From positions 1 through 36,961 of the forward strand of contig NW_021828098.1 in the NCBI RefSeq assembly GCF_006345805.1: a stretch of 36,961 nt of DNA, read 5' to 3'. Position 1 is the first letter of the stretch. Every line of letters starts with the position of its first letter. The notes below the pieces were generated by a model, which saw nothing but the letters and a program-made list of their open reading frames with translations, was not told where the DNA came from and did not search any database. Of this stretch, positions 23,999 through 35,955 are shown piece after piece. The stretch is from Octopus sinensis (Eukaryota). Both the position numbers and the translations under genes were made by a program.

Positions 23999-24409
23999 GC
24001 CACTTGGCATCAAAGACTGCCTGACATGTTTTTGATCTCCTAATTACTTATGTACTGCATGCCGTTCACACAATGCAACTTTGGTACATACATTTGTCTG
24101 GCATCATTACCATAATCCTCCTCCTACTCCTCCCCCCCTCCTCCTCCCCCTCATCATCATCAATATTGAGCTGACAGAATCTTTAGTGCTTTGGAACAGA
24201 AGCCTTATGCTGTTTCTTCTAGCTCTCTCCGTTATGAGTTCGAACTTAATCAAGATCAGTATTACGTTTAATTACTTTGCAGGTGTCAATAAAGTACCTA
24301 TAAAGAACTGAAGCTGATGGTATGGGTTAACTCCTCATTCCGAAAATTGCTGGCCTTGTGTATAAATCAGAAACCTTTATTATTATTATTATTTTAATCA
24401 TTATTGTGA

Positions 24410-24705
24410 TAGCCTGGGCTTCCGAGGCCCACAGCTCTTCAATATCCTCCCGAAGAACCTAAGAGACCTGCATGGGGTGGATGCAGATGTCTTTAAAATA
24501 AAACTGGATCTCTTCTTTGTCAGGTGTCCCAGATGAACCAACTTCACAGCAGGAGGTGCAGATGAGGGCAGCTGCATTGAACTCTCTCATGCACCAAATG
24601 GCAATTGCTAAAAAGCATTCGTAAAGTAAAATCATGTCGCAACACCAAATGGTGGTGCCACAGCATGGCCACAGCTTGTGAGCTGAAACTAGATAAAAAT
24701 AAAAA
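24410..24705 (+). mobile_element. CR1/L2-group LINE 3' end
   Basis: Translation SLGFRGPQLFNILPKNLRDLHGVDADVFKIKLDL resembles the CR1-group ORF2 C-terminus (RGP.LFN.LP..R......FK..LD); followed by a 3' tail ggtgccacagcatggccacagcttgtgagctgaaac and an A-rich end. Confidence 0.8.
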
Positions 24706-25299
24706 GTAAAAAAAAATTTTAATTATTGAGTGAGAGAGCAGTGCGTGCCATCAAAGTAACCCTAAGGTACAAATATATGAAACGCAATATACCCATCATG
24801 ACTACCTGTCTGATAAGGGTGCACTAGGCAAATGCATCACAAACACATGTATGTGACATGTTGATCTCTAATCAAGAAAAACAGTGCATGACTTTGCAGG
24901 TAGGGGCCCAGTTAGAATTTTCTTCAGGTCAAGTAGCCCATCATGCTCAAAAGATACTTGGATAAGGATTGTTGAAAGGGTGATGAACAAAACACCCATG
25001 TTTCCACCGGTGAATAATTCAAACCCCAAAGAATCCCTTTCAACACATGCCTATGATGCTCCCTCACTACTTCTGCTTGTTATCAGAGATGCACATATAG
25101 TCAGCCACCAAGGGACATGCTCAACTGGTTATGGGCAAACAAATGACAAGCGAATCTGTGGTATTGAGCAGAATATGTGCTGTAGCCCATCTTTTATACC
25201 AAGACAAAATGATGTGCATGGCAACACTTCCAATCAGTTAAGATCAGAAGACATGAGAACCACTGCCTGGTACTGCATCAAGACATTTATTACTATTAA

Positions 25300-25465
25300 A
25301 TGCTTAGCAGCATTTCATCCATCTAACATTCTGAGTTCAAAATCCACCAAGGTTAACTTTACCTTTCATCCTTTCAGGGCCGATAAGAAGACTACTTAGT
25401 TGAATACTGGGGTTGATGTAATTGACTAAATTACATCAACCCCCAAAAATGTGCCTATAGCAGAA
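25300..25465 (+). mobile_element. Degenerate SINE family C
   Basis: aaatgcttagcagcatttc..gagttcaaaatcc..cctttcatcctttcagggccgataag. Confidence 0.7.
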
Positions 25466-25551
25466 GGGATTCTTCTTCTTCTTCTTCTTCTTCTTCTTCT
25501 TCTTCTTCTTCTTCTTCTTCTTCTTCTTCTTCTTCTTCTTCTTTTTCTTCA

Positions 25552-25605
<54 letters not shown>

Positions 25606-26344
25606 TAAATGCTTAGCTGCATTTCTTATATTAAGGAATGGCATGTATCTCAAAATTTGAATTTTGTTCAACTTGTGCAGTGCTTTTGCACATCAGCATG
25701 TACATTTTTATCATATCTGTATATATGATTACACCATTGAAATCTTGAAGCTACAAGACATTGCGTGATTATATATAATTCAAAACGGTGTGAATAAAAA
25801 TGCATTACATTTGACAGAATAACCAGGATTAAGGAGACCTTCCATGTGTGAAACACCAAGGACTGAATGGGTTTAACGACACGCATAGATTAAATATTAA
25901 AACACGTAAAAGGTAAAAAGTAAAAAGGGACTATCCTATTCAATGCATTATTTCCCTTATTTTAGACTGTAGCATGTAAGTTGAGGTTGATTTGGCAGCT
26001 ATTTCTAGCCAATCCAGCAACAACACATAAATTCGCTCATGGACATCCCCATCATCACCACCACCATCATCATCATCATCATCTTCATCATCGTTTTAGC
26101 ACTACTCTTCCATGCTTGTAGGGATCAGCCAGAATCTGTTGAGGCCAATTTGTTATGGCCACTTGTCCTTTCCTGTCACCAAGCTTCACCTGTTTCCAAG
26201 CAATGTAATATTTTCCCACGGCTGGACAAGTCTATCTTGGAAGATTGGAAAGGAATGACACCACTTGTATGATGGTGATACTTGTTTACAGCTATCACAA
26301 GATGTCAAATCTAGTCCAACCACACAAAAATATAAATTCTTACC

Positions 26345-26508
26345 TGTGCGTATACATAGAATACTTGTGTAATATCTCAATAGAAACACCAATTTGGTAC
26401 AAACATAGCAGACCCGATATTGCTTTGTGGGACAAGAAACAACGTCACAGAGGTCAGATGTCCGGTGGATGTGAATGTACAACCAAATGTCCAAGGAAAA
26501 GAGAACAT
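26345..26508 (+). pseudogene. Restriction-like endonuclease (RLE) fragment of an R2/R4/NeSL-group non-LTR retrotransposon
   Basis: KHSRPDIALWDKKQR then, after a frameshift, TEVRCPVDVNV..VQGKEN; matches the RPDI...EV.CP.D.N...K pattern of RLE domains. Confidence 0.65.
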
Positions 26509-26624
26509 TGATTTTTACAGCTGGATGACCTTCCTAACACCAACCACCCAGCAAGGTGGGCATGCCATAATTGACTGCTAACTTCCAAATTTTTTTTATT
26601 ATCTCTCCGCTTATTTCCTCATGT

Positions 26625-26755
26625 TCCTTTCTGTTGAAGAGCATAGGCTCGAAACATAAAAAACTTACTCACATTCCTGAGTGTCAAACTAATACACCTG
26701 CATGTTGTTTATACACCTATCTTCATATTTTGTTTTCCTGTAAATTTCAACTATA
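26625..26755 (+). mobile_element. Penelope-like 3' fragment with a decayed minimal hammerhead core
   Basis: cttt-CTGTTGA-a-gagc-atag-gctc-GAAAC-ATA-aaaa; homologous to ~10467-10580, ~11287-11400 and ~35791-35920. Confidence 0.55.
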
Positions 26756-26827
26756 TAGATAGATAGATAAATATGCATGCGCATATATGTATGTCTGTGT
26801 ATATATATGTGTGTGTGAGTATATATG

Positions 26828-26859
<32 letters not shown>

Positions 26860-27007
26860 AGTATATATTTATATATATATATATATATATATACAGATAG
26901 AGAAATGAAAAAGAGAAAATGGATTGAACAATATTCTTTATTTCATACAACTACAATTGTTGTCACACCCACACAGTTACACCTATAGTACATCACAAGA
27001 TGATATA

Positions 27008-27865
27008 TTGGGTTGTCTGGAAACTTCGTGCCGAGTTTTAAAGGAAAGTAAGAGGTCAATAAATACTTGCCATTACATTTTTAATCAGGCAAATATGAAC
27101 CATTTTGTTGCACAATGCGTCTCCATCTTTCCTTTAACTTGAAAATACCCTCTTCCCAGAATTGAGGTGGTTTCATGGCAAAGAATTCATCAAGGTATCT
27201 TTTTACGTCATCCAAGGAATTGAAATTTTTACCATTAAGACTATTCTGCAGAGACCTGAAATAGTGGAAATTCAAAGGAGCAATATCTGAGGAATATGGA
27301 GGGTGGGGTAACACATCCCAGCCGAGCTGCAGCAATTTTTGTCTGGTTCCCAAAGAAACATGCGGTCTTGCATTATCATGTTGGAAAACAACACCCTTCC
27401 AGTTGGCCAATTATGGACGTTTCTCTTGAATTGCTGCTTTTAACTCGTCCAGTTGTGTGCAGTATTTCTCAGAATTAAATGTCTTGTTACTTGGGAGAAG
27501 CTCATAGTAGAGAATTCCTTTCCAATCCCACCAGACACAAAGCAAGACTTTTTTCGGGTGAAGACCTGCTTATGGGGTGGCTAAGGGTGGCTCATGTCGC
27601 TTACTCCAGTATTGCTTTCTCTGAACATTTCGGTAGATAATCCATTTCTCATCACCTGTTACAATTTGCTTTAAAAAACTCACCTTTTCATTCTGTTTAT
27701 AAAGTGAATCACAGATGGAAATGCAATCCAAAAGGTTCTTCTCACTCAACTCATGAGGTACCCAAACATCGTAGGGATTTGTGTACCCAAGCTTTACTCA
27801 TGAATGACAGATTTTGATAGGTTGAGGCTTTCTGCCAATTCTCCTTTAATTTTGTCTGTCGTTAG
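27008..27865 (-). pseudogene. mariner (DD34D) transposase pseudogene, 5' truncated, with one TIR
   Basis: Motifs WVPHEL, TGDEKW, VWWDWKG, HDNARPH, HPPYSSDIAPLNFHYF; two in-frame TAA stops and an upstream frameshift; TIR ttgggttgtctggaaacttcgtgccga at 27008 preceded by TA. Confidence 0.95.
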
Positions 27866-27937
27866 TACCATCTGTAAGTGTATATTAATATGAATATCTT
27901 TGCTTTCTTTCTGTTTGCATGTATATATATGTGTGTG

Positions 27938-27978
<41 letters not shown>

Positions 27979-28193
27979 AAATCTGTTCTGTCTGTCTGTG
28001 TGTGTGTCTTCTAGGATCTTGGGCATCCTCCATCTGATTGCACTCAAATTTGATATGTAGATACCGACGGTATCAGGGCATGTATAAGTCTTGAAAAAAT
28101 TACAAAAATCGATTCCAGGTGAGAATGCAATCGATAAAGCCGTGGGGACGTGCATTTGTACACACAAGTACATCAGCTGTTGCAGGTCTTCAC

Positions 28194-28220
<27 letters not shown>

Positions 28221-28229
<9 letters not shown>

Positions 28230-28455
28230 ACGCATACATTTGTCTACCAGACATCACTCACAAAGTTTTTATTCATCTGAGTATAAAGCAGAAAACTCTT
28301 GCCATTCATGCAATGAAACTGAAACCAAAAGAACAAGGCTGGGAAACAGGCCTCTTAACCCACATCCATGACTGGGAATTATGAATCAAATATGATATAA
28401 TACTGAATGTGCATGTGAGAGATCATCCATATGTTAAAAAGATGGAGTCAAGTCA

Positions 28456-28506
<51 letters not shown>

Positions 28507-28637
28507 TGCTAGATTATCTAGAGGCAATGTTTGGTTTAGAAATTGATATCACAGATATTTCATAGCAGGATAATAAAATAACAATAACACAATTAGTATT
28601 TTCACTGAATATAAATTGATATTTCTTTTGCGGTATA

Positions 28638-28684
<47 letters not shown>

Positions 28685-29345
28685 TCAATGTAAGAAAACA
28701 TACATAGATTATGGATACATACGCGCACACATATGAATGCATCTGTCTGTATATCTATATATGTGTATATAACAGACAGATATATAGGCATGTCGTACAT
28801 ACATACACACACACACACATATATACACACACATATATATACACACACATATATATATACATATATATATACATATAATACATAAATATATATATATATA
28901 TACTCACACATATATATATACACATATATATATATATACACACACACACACATATATATACACACACACACACATATATATATATATACATATATATATA
29001 CACACACACATATATATACACACACACACATATATATACACACACACACACATATATATACACACACACATATATACACATATATACACACACAGACACA
29101 CACACACCCACACATACACACGCATACATTTGTCTACCAGACATCACTCACAAAGTTTTTATTCATCTGAGTATAAAGCAGAAAACTCTTGCCATTCATG
29201 CAATGAAACTGAAACCAAAAGAAACAGGCTGGGAAACAGGCCTCTTAACCCACATCCATGACTGGGAATTATGAATCAAATATGATATAATACTGAATGT
29301 GCATGTGAGAGATCATCCATATGTTAAAAAGATGGAGTCAAGTCA

Positions 29346-29398
<53 letters not shown>

Positions 29399-29535
29399 TG
29401 CTAGATTATCTAGAGGCAATGTTTGGTTTAGAAATTGATATCACAGATATTTCATAGCAGGATAAATAAAATAACAATAACACAATTAGTATTTTCACTG
29501 AATATAAATTGATATTTCTTTTGCGGTATATGTGG

Positions 29536-29579
<44 letters not shown>

Positions 29580-30002
29580 TCAATGTAAGAAAACATACAT
29601 AGATATATGGATACATACGCGCACACATATGAATGCATCTGTCTGTATATCTATATATGTGTATATAACAGACAGATATATAGGCATGTCGTACATACAT
29701 ACACACACACACATATATACACACACATATATATACACACACATATATATATACATATATATATACATATATATACATAAATATATATATATATATACTC
29801 ACACATATATATATACACATATATATATATATACACACACACACATATATATACACACTCACACATACATATATATATACATATATATATATACACACAC
29901 ATATATATACACACACACACATATATATACACACACACACACATATATATACACACACACATATATACACATATATACACACACAGACACACACACACCC
30001 AC
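28221..30002. repeat. Direct tandem duplication, ~890-bp period (28221-29110 and 29111-30002)
   Basis: Unique segments (tgtctaccagacatcactc..., gtctgctagattatctagaggc...) repeated near-identically between microsatellite tracts. Confidence 0.95.
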
Positions 30003-30095
30003 ATATATCTTATTATTATTGTTTTATTATTATTATTATTTTCTTTTGTGTTTGTTTTCAATCTCACTCACCTGCTGTATTGAGTAAAGTATACA

Positions 30096-30110
30096 ACACC
30101 AGAGGGCAGC
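30096..30110 (+). promoter_or_regulatory. CTCF-like motif
   Basis: acaccagagggcagc fits the CCASYAGRKGGCRS core except at the first base; lies in unique sequence. Confidence 0.35.
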
Positions 30111-30792
30111 AAAGTATAGAGGTGTGCAGCAGAGTTTGCCACTATTAGTTTACGTGTGTGTGCGTGTGCATGTGCATGCGTGTGTGAGGTGAGCAGATGT
30201 GTGGATGTTCGTAGGATACAGGTGTATACGTGTGCATGAGTGTGTTCAATGAATACTCTTGTTGTTGTTGTGATTGTTGTTGTTGTTGTTTGGGCATGTT
30301 ATTTTAAATTGTGCAGACGTTTGATCAAAGGCGTCGTCCCTCAGGGTGTCAATTTGAAGGAAGTTTGGCTGCCGTTACTAGCAATTCAAATAACTCCGTG
30401 CAAGTTCCTTGTTCGGCTTGTGTATTTGCATACACGTGTGCTTGGGTGTGTATGGATACAATTATTAGTATCTGTGTGTGTGTGTTTGTGTGTGTGTGTG
30501 CATTATAGTCTATACAGGTGTGGAAATGCTGTTATTTGCAAAGAACACCTGAGGAGGGAAGAAAAGCAGAGAATAACGAGAAAGGAGGTAAAGGTGTTAG
30601 AGGATGGATGAGAGGTAGGGTATCCTACTTTTAGCTTACTATTGTCTGTCTGTCTGTCTTTCTGCCTCCATTTATCTCTCTATCTCATCTCTCTCTCTCT
30701 CTCTGTCGTTCTGTCTGTCTGTCTATCCATCTCTTTCACTCTCTCTCCACTCTCTCTCACCTTCTCGCTCTCCCTCTCCACCTCTCCCTTTT

Positions 30793-30829
<37 letters not shown>

Positions 30830-30859
30830 TTCTTATATGTAATAAAATGTCAGAGTGAA

Positions 30860-30919
30860 ATAACATCATCAGTAGCATCATCATCATCATCACAACATCA
30901 ATAAGTATTTGAAAACAGC

Positions 30920-30950
<31 letters not shown>

Positions 30951-31033
30951 TCAGCTGTTTCACAGCAGAAGTAACAACTACTGCAGCAACAATAATAACA
31001 GCAACGACCACAAACCACTACCACCACTACTAT

Positions 31034-31066
<33 letters not shown>

Positions 31067-31067
31067 G

Positions 31068-31114
<47 letters not shown>

Positions 31115-31235
31115 AGCTACTACTACTACTGCTTTACATCTGCTGCTACTACTACTACTGCTTTATGACTACTGCTGCTACTACTACTACTACTACTGCG
31201 TTACGACTACTGCTGCTGCTGCTACTACTACTACT
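30860..31235. repeat. Compound (CAT)/(CAA)/(CTA)/(CTG) trinucleotide microsatellite
   Basis: Directly visible. Confidence 0.95.
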
Positions 31236-31426
31236 ACAGAGAAAATATGTAGATATAATGTGCATGAGTGTGTACACACACAAATATATATATACAGATG
31301 AATATACACACACACACACACACACACACATTTGTGTGCATATATCGGTGTGTGTATGTGCATATATATTCCTGGAAATACTCGTATGGGTGTCAATATG
31401 TATGATGAGTATGTATAAGTAATAAG

Positions 31427-31464
<38 letters not shown>

Positions 31465-32437
31465 TACAGATATACATACGCATGTTTGTATATTGTTGAA
31501 TTATCTCACATTGCTTTAAGTCATTCTTATAAGGGAAGCCATGCAAACCTGTTCATCAGTTTGAAGAGAGAACCGTGCTGCTTGAGGGCAATTTAGAGCT
31601 GAAAATCTCAAGTAAAACTGTATAAACTAGGTTCCTTCTTGTCAAAAATTGATAATAGAATTATGAAATGTTGAGTTCTCCTTCGAGAAATAATCGGTCA
31701 TAATGATGGCGCCATATAGGCTCTTTTGAATTTCAATTCATTTTTCGCTTTCGCTGAAAGGGAGGGAGGGAGGAAAGTTTTTAAAGTTTTATTTCTGTTT
31801 TGTTTGTTTGTTTGTTTGTTTGTTTGTTTTTCATTTTTTTTTTGTTCTTTTGTGGGGGCGGATTTTTTGGTGTTTTTTCTTTGTTCGTTCATGCATTTCT
31901 CAGAAAGGATTTTGTTTCAATGTTGTAACATCAGAGGAAATGAAGAAAAATAAATAAATAAATAAATAAATAAATAAAATAAAAAAACAATATATGAAAT
32001 AAAAATTGAAATAAGAATATAAAAAATTTTTTAAAAATCATACAAAGTGAATGATAATAAATATAAAAAAAGATAAAAGATAAATATAAAAGAATAAAAG
32101 GTAAAAATATGAAAAAATAAAGATTAAAATATATATATATATATATAAAAAAAAAACAATAAAGAAGCCCAATAAAATTAATTCTCGATTTGTATTCACA
32201 TCTGTCTTTCTTTTTGCCATTCTGGTAATCTTCTTTTCACTATCTTTCCATTTATCTTCAGCTTTTTTCACTCTTTCTCTCACCCACCCCCCTCGTGTTT
32301 TGTATTTTTGGTTGTCTTTTCTTTTCCAATAACTACCCTGCTACAAACTACCTTCTCTTGTGCACTAGAACTTTCCATAATTTTTTTTTGTCCGTTACAT
32401 AGCATTGAACCTTTATTTCCTAAGGTTACAAATAATA

Positions 32438-32469
<32 letters not shown>

Positions 32470-32699
32470 GATAATAATAATAATAATAATAATGAAAATG
32501 ACACAGAAGACCGAAACCCCTTACAGTTTTTAATTTCATTCCTATCGATTAGTTTTGACAATCAAACCTGTGCACCATTTAAATTCTGTCTTTAACCCTA
32601 CCTGCGACAGCTATCCCCCACTGCAACATCTACCCCTTGATCACTTTGCAGGGAATCTAAGCATATTGATTGTTATATAATAGCTTGGAGACCAGGGAG

Positions 32700-32995
32700 T
32701 CTCTCCATGTTGAGCCACACTTCTCTGCTTTGAGAGGCCACAGCTCTTGTATTACAGACATGTAATTAAAATGCCGTAGGATGAAATAGCAAAATGAATT
32801 CTCTATGCCAAAGCAACCAGCTGGAGGCTTAGTGGGTAGACCAAGGATCAGATGATTGGATAATATCCATAGTCTTGCTTGGTGGTGCTTGGGAATTGAA
32901 CCTGAAAGTCTAACAACAGTTGCTGCTGATATAGGACCTTGCAGAGAAAATACCTGAGGACTCTAACAACATGACCCTTCCAGAAATAATAGGTA
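32700..32995 (+). mobile_element. RTE-clade (Rex3/Expander-like) LINE 3' fragment
   Basis: GRPRIR*LDNIHSLAWWCLGIEPESLTTVAAD resembles GRPRTRW.DYI..LAW..LGI.P.EL..VA.D. Confidence 0.7.
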
Positions 32996-33545
32996 GAAGG
33001 CGGTGAACTGGCAGAAACAAAAGCATGCTGGGCGAAATGCTTAGCAGTATTTCATCTGCCGCTACGTTCTGAGTTCAAATTCCGCCGAGGTCGACTTTGC
33101 CTTTCATCCTTTCGGGGTCAATAATTAAGTACTAGTTATGCACTGGGGTCAATGTAATCGACTTAATCCCTTTGTCTGTCCTTGTTTGTCCCTTCTCTAT
33201 TTCATCTGCCGCTACGTTCTCAGTTCAAATTCCACTGAGGTTGACTTTGCCTTTCATCCTTTCGGGGTCGATTAAATAAATACCAGTTACGCACTGGGGT
33301 GGATATAATCGACTTAATCCTTTTGTCTGTCCTTATTTGTCCTCTCTGTGTTTAGCCCCTTGCTGGTAGTAAATAAATAGGTATTTCATCTGCTGCTACG
33401 TTCTGACTTCAAATTTCGCCGAGGTTGACTTTGCCTTTCATCCTTTCGGAGTCGAAAAATTAAGTACCAGTTACGTACTGGGATCGATGTAATTGACTTA
33501 ATCCCTTTGTCTGTCCCCTCTCTGTGTATCCCCTTGTGGGCAGTG
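32996..33545 (+). mobile_element. SINE family C with one head and three tandem body units
   Basis: atttcatctgccgctacgttctgagttcaaattcc recurs at ~33050, ~33200 and ~33384. Confidence 0.92.
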
Positions 33546-33654
33546 AAGAAATAAAGAAATAAAATAAGAAATAGTAGGTAGAGAAGAAGATAGATGGGTA
33601 GATGGATGGATAGATTGATAGGCTGGCTGGCTGGCTGGATGGATGGATTAATAT

Positions 33655-33870
33655 AATCTTTTAGTATCCAGATTACACACTTCAATGTAATGTAATGCGA
33701 TGTTTATCTATTCAGTGTTTTGAATTAAAGATGCCTTATCTCATCACTTTGATGTATTGATGATGTGAGTGTTTGTGTTTATAATGACATTGTAGGTCAG
33801 GCATAAGAAGCAGGATCTGCCAGGTTTGAACAAGTAAAATATGTTTGGAACATAAATTAGCTTGAAATTG
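33655..33870. mobile_element. Degenerate MITE, same family as 20381-20595
   Basis: Alignable throughout to 20400-20560. Confidence 0.6.
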
Positions 33871-33924
33871 TGATGGACAGTTTTTATTTAAACCACTTTA
33901 AATCAGTAAGCAGTCTTACTTGAT

Positions 33925-34035
33925 CATGCTTGGGAATCCAGTCAGAAAGTCAAATGACATAATTGCTGCTGATAGGACCCTGCAGAAGAGGCACCTGAGG
34001 ACTTTGACAGCACGACCCTTCCAGAAATAGAAGGA
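33925..34035 (+). mobile_element. Short 5'-truncated RTE 3' end
   Basis: Aligns to 32888-32995 (gctgctgat..gacc.tgcaga..cctgaggact..gacccttccagaaata). Confidence 0.65.
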
Positions 34036-34739
34036 GGAGGAAAAGATGGATGGGTAGAATTTCTGAATACAAAAATGTAAGCAGAACAACTTCAACAAGT
34101 GGAGACCCTTTTTGAAAATTGAGGAAGATTTTATATTGGTCTTAATAGAAAAAGCAATCAAAATCAATTAGAAAAAAAAAAAAACAATCAAACTTGTCAT
34201 TATTCTACAGTGTGGCAGCAACTTACCTCAAAAGAACTGTTTGGCTACAGTAACGATAAGGAAATCTCTTATTTAATGTTGTGATGCACGACAAATTGTC
34301 ACAATTTATGAATGTCAAAACATTTGTTAAGCATTAAGAAAGCAGAATAAATTTTCAAATATAAAAGGCAAATAGACTAAAAAAAACACACAGATGGTTA
34401 ATTTAGAAACCTTTGAATTATTTCATTGAGTTTTATGAGATAGATAGAAAATGTAAGCAGAATGACTCCAGCATGGATCGGATGATTAAGAGAGTTTGAA
34501 TTTTATAAAGGGGAACAAATTCAACAGCTTTAAGTGCTAAAGTGTTACTTTATATACATACACACACACATATGTATATGTATATATATATATATATATG
34601 TGTGTATGTATGTGTATGTATGTATATATATATATATTTTCTCTCTTTCTCACTCTATATATAGAGGTATATATATATGTGTGTGTATACATACACACAA
34701 ATACATACATACACATATATTTAAATATGCATGTATGTG

Positions 34740-34752
34740 TGTTTTTTTATAT

Positions 34753-34786
<34 letters not shown>

Positions 34787-35112
34787 ATATATATGTATAT
34801 ATAATATATTATATATATATATATATATAATATATATATATATATATTATATGTGCAGGAGTGGCTGTGTGGTAAGTAGCATGCTTACCAACCACATGGT
34901 TCCGGGTTCAGTCCCACTGCGTGGCATCTTGGGCAAGTGTCTTCTGCTATAGCCCTGGGCCGACCAATGCCTTGTGAGTGGATTGGTAGACGGAAACTGA
35001 AGAAAGCTCGTTGTATATATTATAATAGATATGGGGAGACAGAGAGATTTCAGTTTATAATTAATATATGTATAAAATCAATATAGTATATAAATCAATA
35101 TAATATATATAT

Positions 35113-35171
<59 letters not shown>

Positions 35172-35176
35172 TTATA

Positions 35177-35227
<51 letters not shown>

Positions 35228-35253
35228 ATATATTATATATATATATATATATA

Positions 35254-35309
<56 letters not shown>

Positions 35310-35317
35310 TATATATA
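34740..35317. repeat. Very long (TA)n-dominated tracts interrupted by a family A SINE 5' half (34855-35010 +)
   Basis: Directly visible; 35100-35317 is almost purely A/T. Confidence 0.95.
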
Positions 35318-35651
35318 GTGAAGGCCATGGCTCAGTGGTTAGAGCGTCGAGCTTACGATCATGAGGTTGTGAGCTCGAATCCCGGTCCGGGCTGCTTGTT
35401 GTGTTTTGAGCAAAGCACTTATTTTTTTCACGTTGCTCCAGTTCACTCAGCTGTAGAAAATGAGTTGCGACGTCACTGGTGCCAAGCTGTATCGACCTTT
35501 GTCTTTCCCTAGGATACACTCCTGGCGTGAGAGGGGAGGCTGTACGCATGGGCGACTGCTGGTCTTCCATAAACACCTTGCCCGGACTGTGTCTAGGAGG
35601 GTACTTTCTAGGTGCATCCCATGGTCATTCATGACCGACGGGGTCTTTACC
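35317..35651 (+). mobile_element. SINE family B (full length)
   Basis: Homologous to 12174-12500. Confidence 0.9.
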
Positions 35652-35919
35652 CTTTATATATATATATATATATAGGCAATATGCTTACAGACATATACAA
35701 ACACACACACACACGTATAGATATATAAATGTGTGTGTGTATTGTTTAGCAATTTTCTTCTTCCGTCTTCCCTTCCTTTGACTTCCCTCTATTTCTGAAA
35801 AAGATCTTGGCTCGAAACATTAAATCCTCTTTCCTTCCTTTCCTGAGTGTCTGATAATACAGTACTTATACCACATACTCGCCTTATTGTTTTTCTAGTT
35901 TGTTCTTCTTTGTTTGGAT

Positions 35920-35954
<35 letters not shown>

Positions 35955-35955
<1 letters not shown>

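Noticed and set aside
24884-25399. 171-aa ORF
   Set aside because: No recognisable domain, no splice support; probably an old interspersed repeat that I cannot classify from this window alone
28549-30087. ORFs of 130-192 aa rich in C/V/Y/I/H/T
   Set aside because: Translations of (TA)/(CA)/(TG) repeats within the tandem duplication
32308-32595. 95-aa ORF with poly-Asn
   Set aside because: Poly-N derives from an (AAT)n microsatellite; non-ATG start and no homology
33973-34076. Apparent duplicated coding exon (DPAEEAPEDFDSTTLPEI vs DLAEKIPEDSNNMTLPEI at ~32937)
   Set aside because: Both are the 3' end of an RTE LINE; the upstream frame at 32840-32930 gives the RTE GRPR..LAW..LGI motif
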